A stretch of 15,215 nucleotides of DNA, taken from the NCBI GenBank assembly GCA_016839605.1, contig JAEOTX010000249.1, forward strand, positions 1 through 15,215. The letters run 5' to 3'. A program made the position numbers and the translations under genes. Under the pieces are notes generated by a model. It searched no databases. It was given only the letters and a program-made list of their open reading frames with translations, and had not been told where the DNA came from. Below are positions 14,020-15,215 of the stretch, piece by piece; the first letter of the stretch is position 1, and every line of letters starts with the position of its first letter. Source of the stretch: Candidatus Thorarchaeota archaeon. Its GTDB lineage: Archaea; Asgardarchaeota; Thorarchaeia; Thorarchaeales; Thorarchaeaceae.

Positions 14020-15215
14020 ATGACAATTGTCGAGCCTTCAGGTACACATCCCCTGTACAAAGAGATCAAGAGCATAGTCGGTGAGGCCCGAGTCAATGAT
14101 AATCAGCTGATTATCTCAGCATATAGTCAGGATGCATGTCATATCACAGCTGAGAGACCTGGCATTGTAGTCATGCCCGAGAGTGTGGAAGAGATTCAAG
14201 CTATTGTAAAGCTGTGTGGAGAATCCAAGACACCGCTTGTGCCTGCAGGTGGAAGGAATGGAATATGCGGTGCGTGCCTTCCTCGGGTACCAGATGCCGT
14301 GATGCTCGATATGGTCAAGATGGATGAGATTATTGAAATCAACGACGATGTCATGTCGGTGACAGTTGAAGCGGGACAGAGGTGGGCAGAACTCATCCAC
14401 CGACTTGATGACAAGGGCTACAAACTGGGCTTTCGAGGTCCATACGGCGGGAATGTAGGAACCGTTGGGGGCGCAACTAGCATAAACAGTATTGGATATG
14501 CAGCTTCCAAGTATGGCCCATCAACTGAAGGAGTTGTTTCGCTCGAAGTTGTTCTAGCAAATGGCGAGGTCATTCAGACAGGTACTGGCTGGAACAAAGG
14601 TGCAGAGCTCTTTGGTAGATACTCGACATATAATGACTTGACTGGAATATTCCTTGGAGACCATGGCACTCTCGGAATCAAGACGAAAGTGACTCTCAAG
14701 ATTTACCCAAAGGCGGAGCACATAACATATGGAGACTTTGGATTCAAGACACTTGAGGAGGCAACCGCCGCCTTTCTTGAGGTTCAGAAGCGAGGACTAA
14801 CTGAAGAACTCAATCTATTAGCAGACAGACAATCAACTGATACATTCTTTCCTGGATTCTTGGACAGCCACCCCGAAATCCATGCTATGTTCGCATCCAT
14901 TGTGCAAGAATCTGACGAACAACTGGCTCAGCGTAAGATGGAGATAGTGAGGGAAATCGCGCTAGAACATGGAGGGAAGGATCTAGGTAATTTTGCCTCT
15001 CAGATGCATTGGACAGAGCTCTTCAATCTAGTTCAGCCTCTCTACAACAATGGGTTCTGGCTGAACACCTGTCACCTCAGACCGATCACAACAATTCCGG
15101 GGCTAATGAAGAAACTGTGGGCAATCTTTGATAAACATAAGATGCTGAAGAACGGAATCAAATGGATTGCCAGCTGCCTGGGAGCAGACCGAGCATATGC
15201 CACTGGATGGATTAC
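14020..15215 (+). CDS. FAD-binding oxidoreductase, GlcD / D-lactate dehydrogenase / alkyl-DHAP synthase (VAO/PCMH) family, 3'-truncated
   Basis: Absent from the ORF track because there is no stop in the window. Translated by hand: MTIVEPSGTHPLYKEIKSIVG...AYSQD...RPGIVVMPESVEEIQAIVK...LVPAGGRNGICG...LDMVKMDEIIEIN...VTVEAG...TVGGATSIN..G...KYG...SLEVVLANGEVIQTG...DLTGIFLGDHGTLGIKTKVTLKIYP. GAGGG RBS at 14009-14013. Confidence 0.92.
   Translation, partial: MTIVEPSGTHPLYKEIKSIVGEARVNDNQLIISAYSQDACHITAERPGIVVMPESVEEIQAIVKLCGESKTPLVPAGGRNGICGACLPRVPDAVMLDMVKMDEIIEINDDVMSVTVEAGQRWAELIHRLDDKGYKLGFRGPYGGNVGTVGGATSINSIGYAASKYGPSTEGVVSLEVVLANGEVIQTGTGWNKGAELFGRYSTYNDLTGIFLGDHGTLGIKTKVTLKIYPKAEHITYGDFGFKTLEEATAAFLEVQKRGLTEELNLLADRQSTDTFFPGFLDSHPEIHAMFASIVQESDEQLAQRKMEIVREIALEHGGKDLGNFASQMHWTELFNLVQPLYNNGFWLNTCHLRPITTIPGLMKKLWAIFDKHKMLKNGIKWIASCLGADRAYATGWI

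Overview
Gene-dense archaeal window, most consistent with an Asgard archaeon (Thorarchaeia-like). This is an inference from the roadblock and longin-like proteins, the split Alg13/Alg14 pair and the archaeal TATA/RBS signals. It holds 17 plausible CDSs, two truncated by the window edges, and I see no rRNA, tRNA, CRISPR array or mobile element. The left + strand block encodes a divergent Topo VI-A/Spo11 homologue (Toprim DxD changed to DMS), a coiled-coil/winged-helix protein, a PD-(D/E)xK nuclease, a roadblock/LC7 protein and a NifB-like radical SAM enzyme. Converging on it are two tandem paralogues with a longin-like plus double winged-helix architecture resembling GATOR1 NPRL2/NPRL3, a DUF2797 protein ending in a PIP box, and an AmmeMemoRadiSam radical SAM enzyme. 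Further right lie a hypothetical protein, a second coiled-coil/wHTH paralogue, a transglutaminase-like protein, a RecB-type nuclease, a small ferredoxin-like-fold protein, a very basic hypothetical protein, alg13/alg14 and a FAD-linked oxidoreductase missing from the ORF track. The best novelty candidates are the NPRL2/NPRL3-like pair near a roadblock gene, the divergent Top6A-CC/wHTH-nuclease module, and the orphan NifB-like enzyme. All family calls come from motif recognition by eye; no searches were run.
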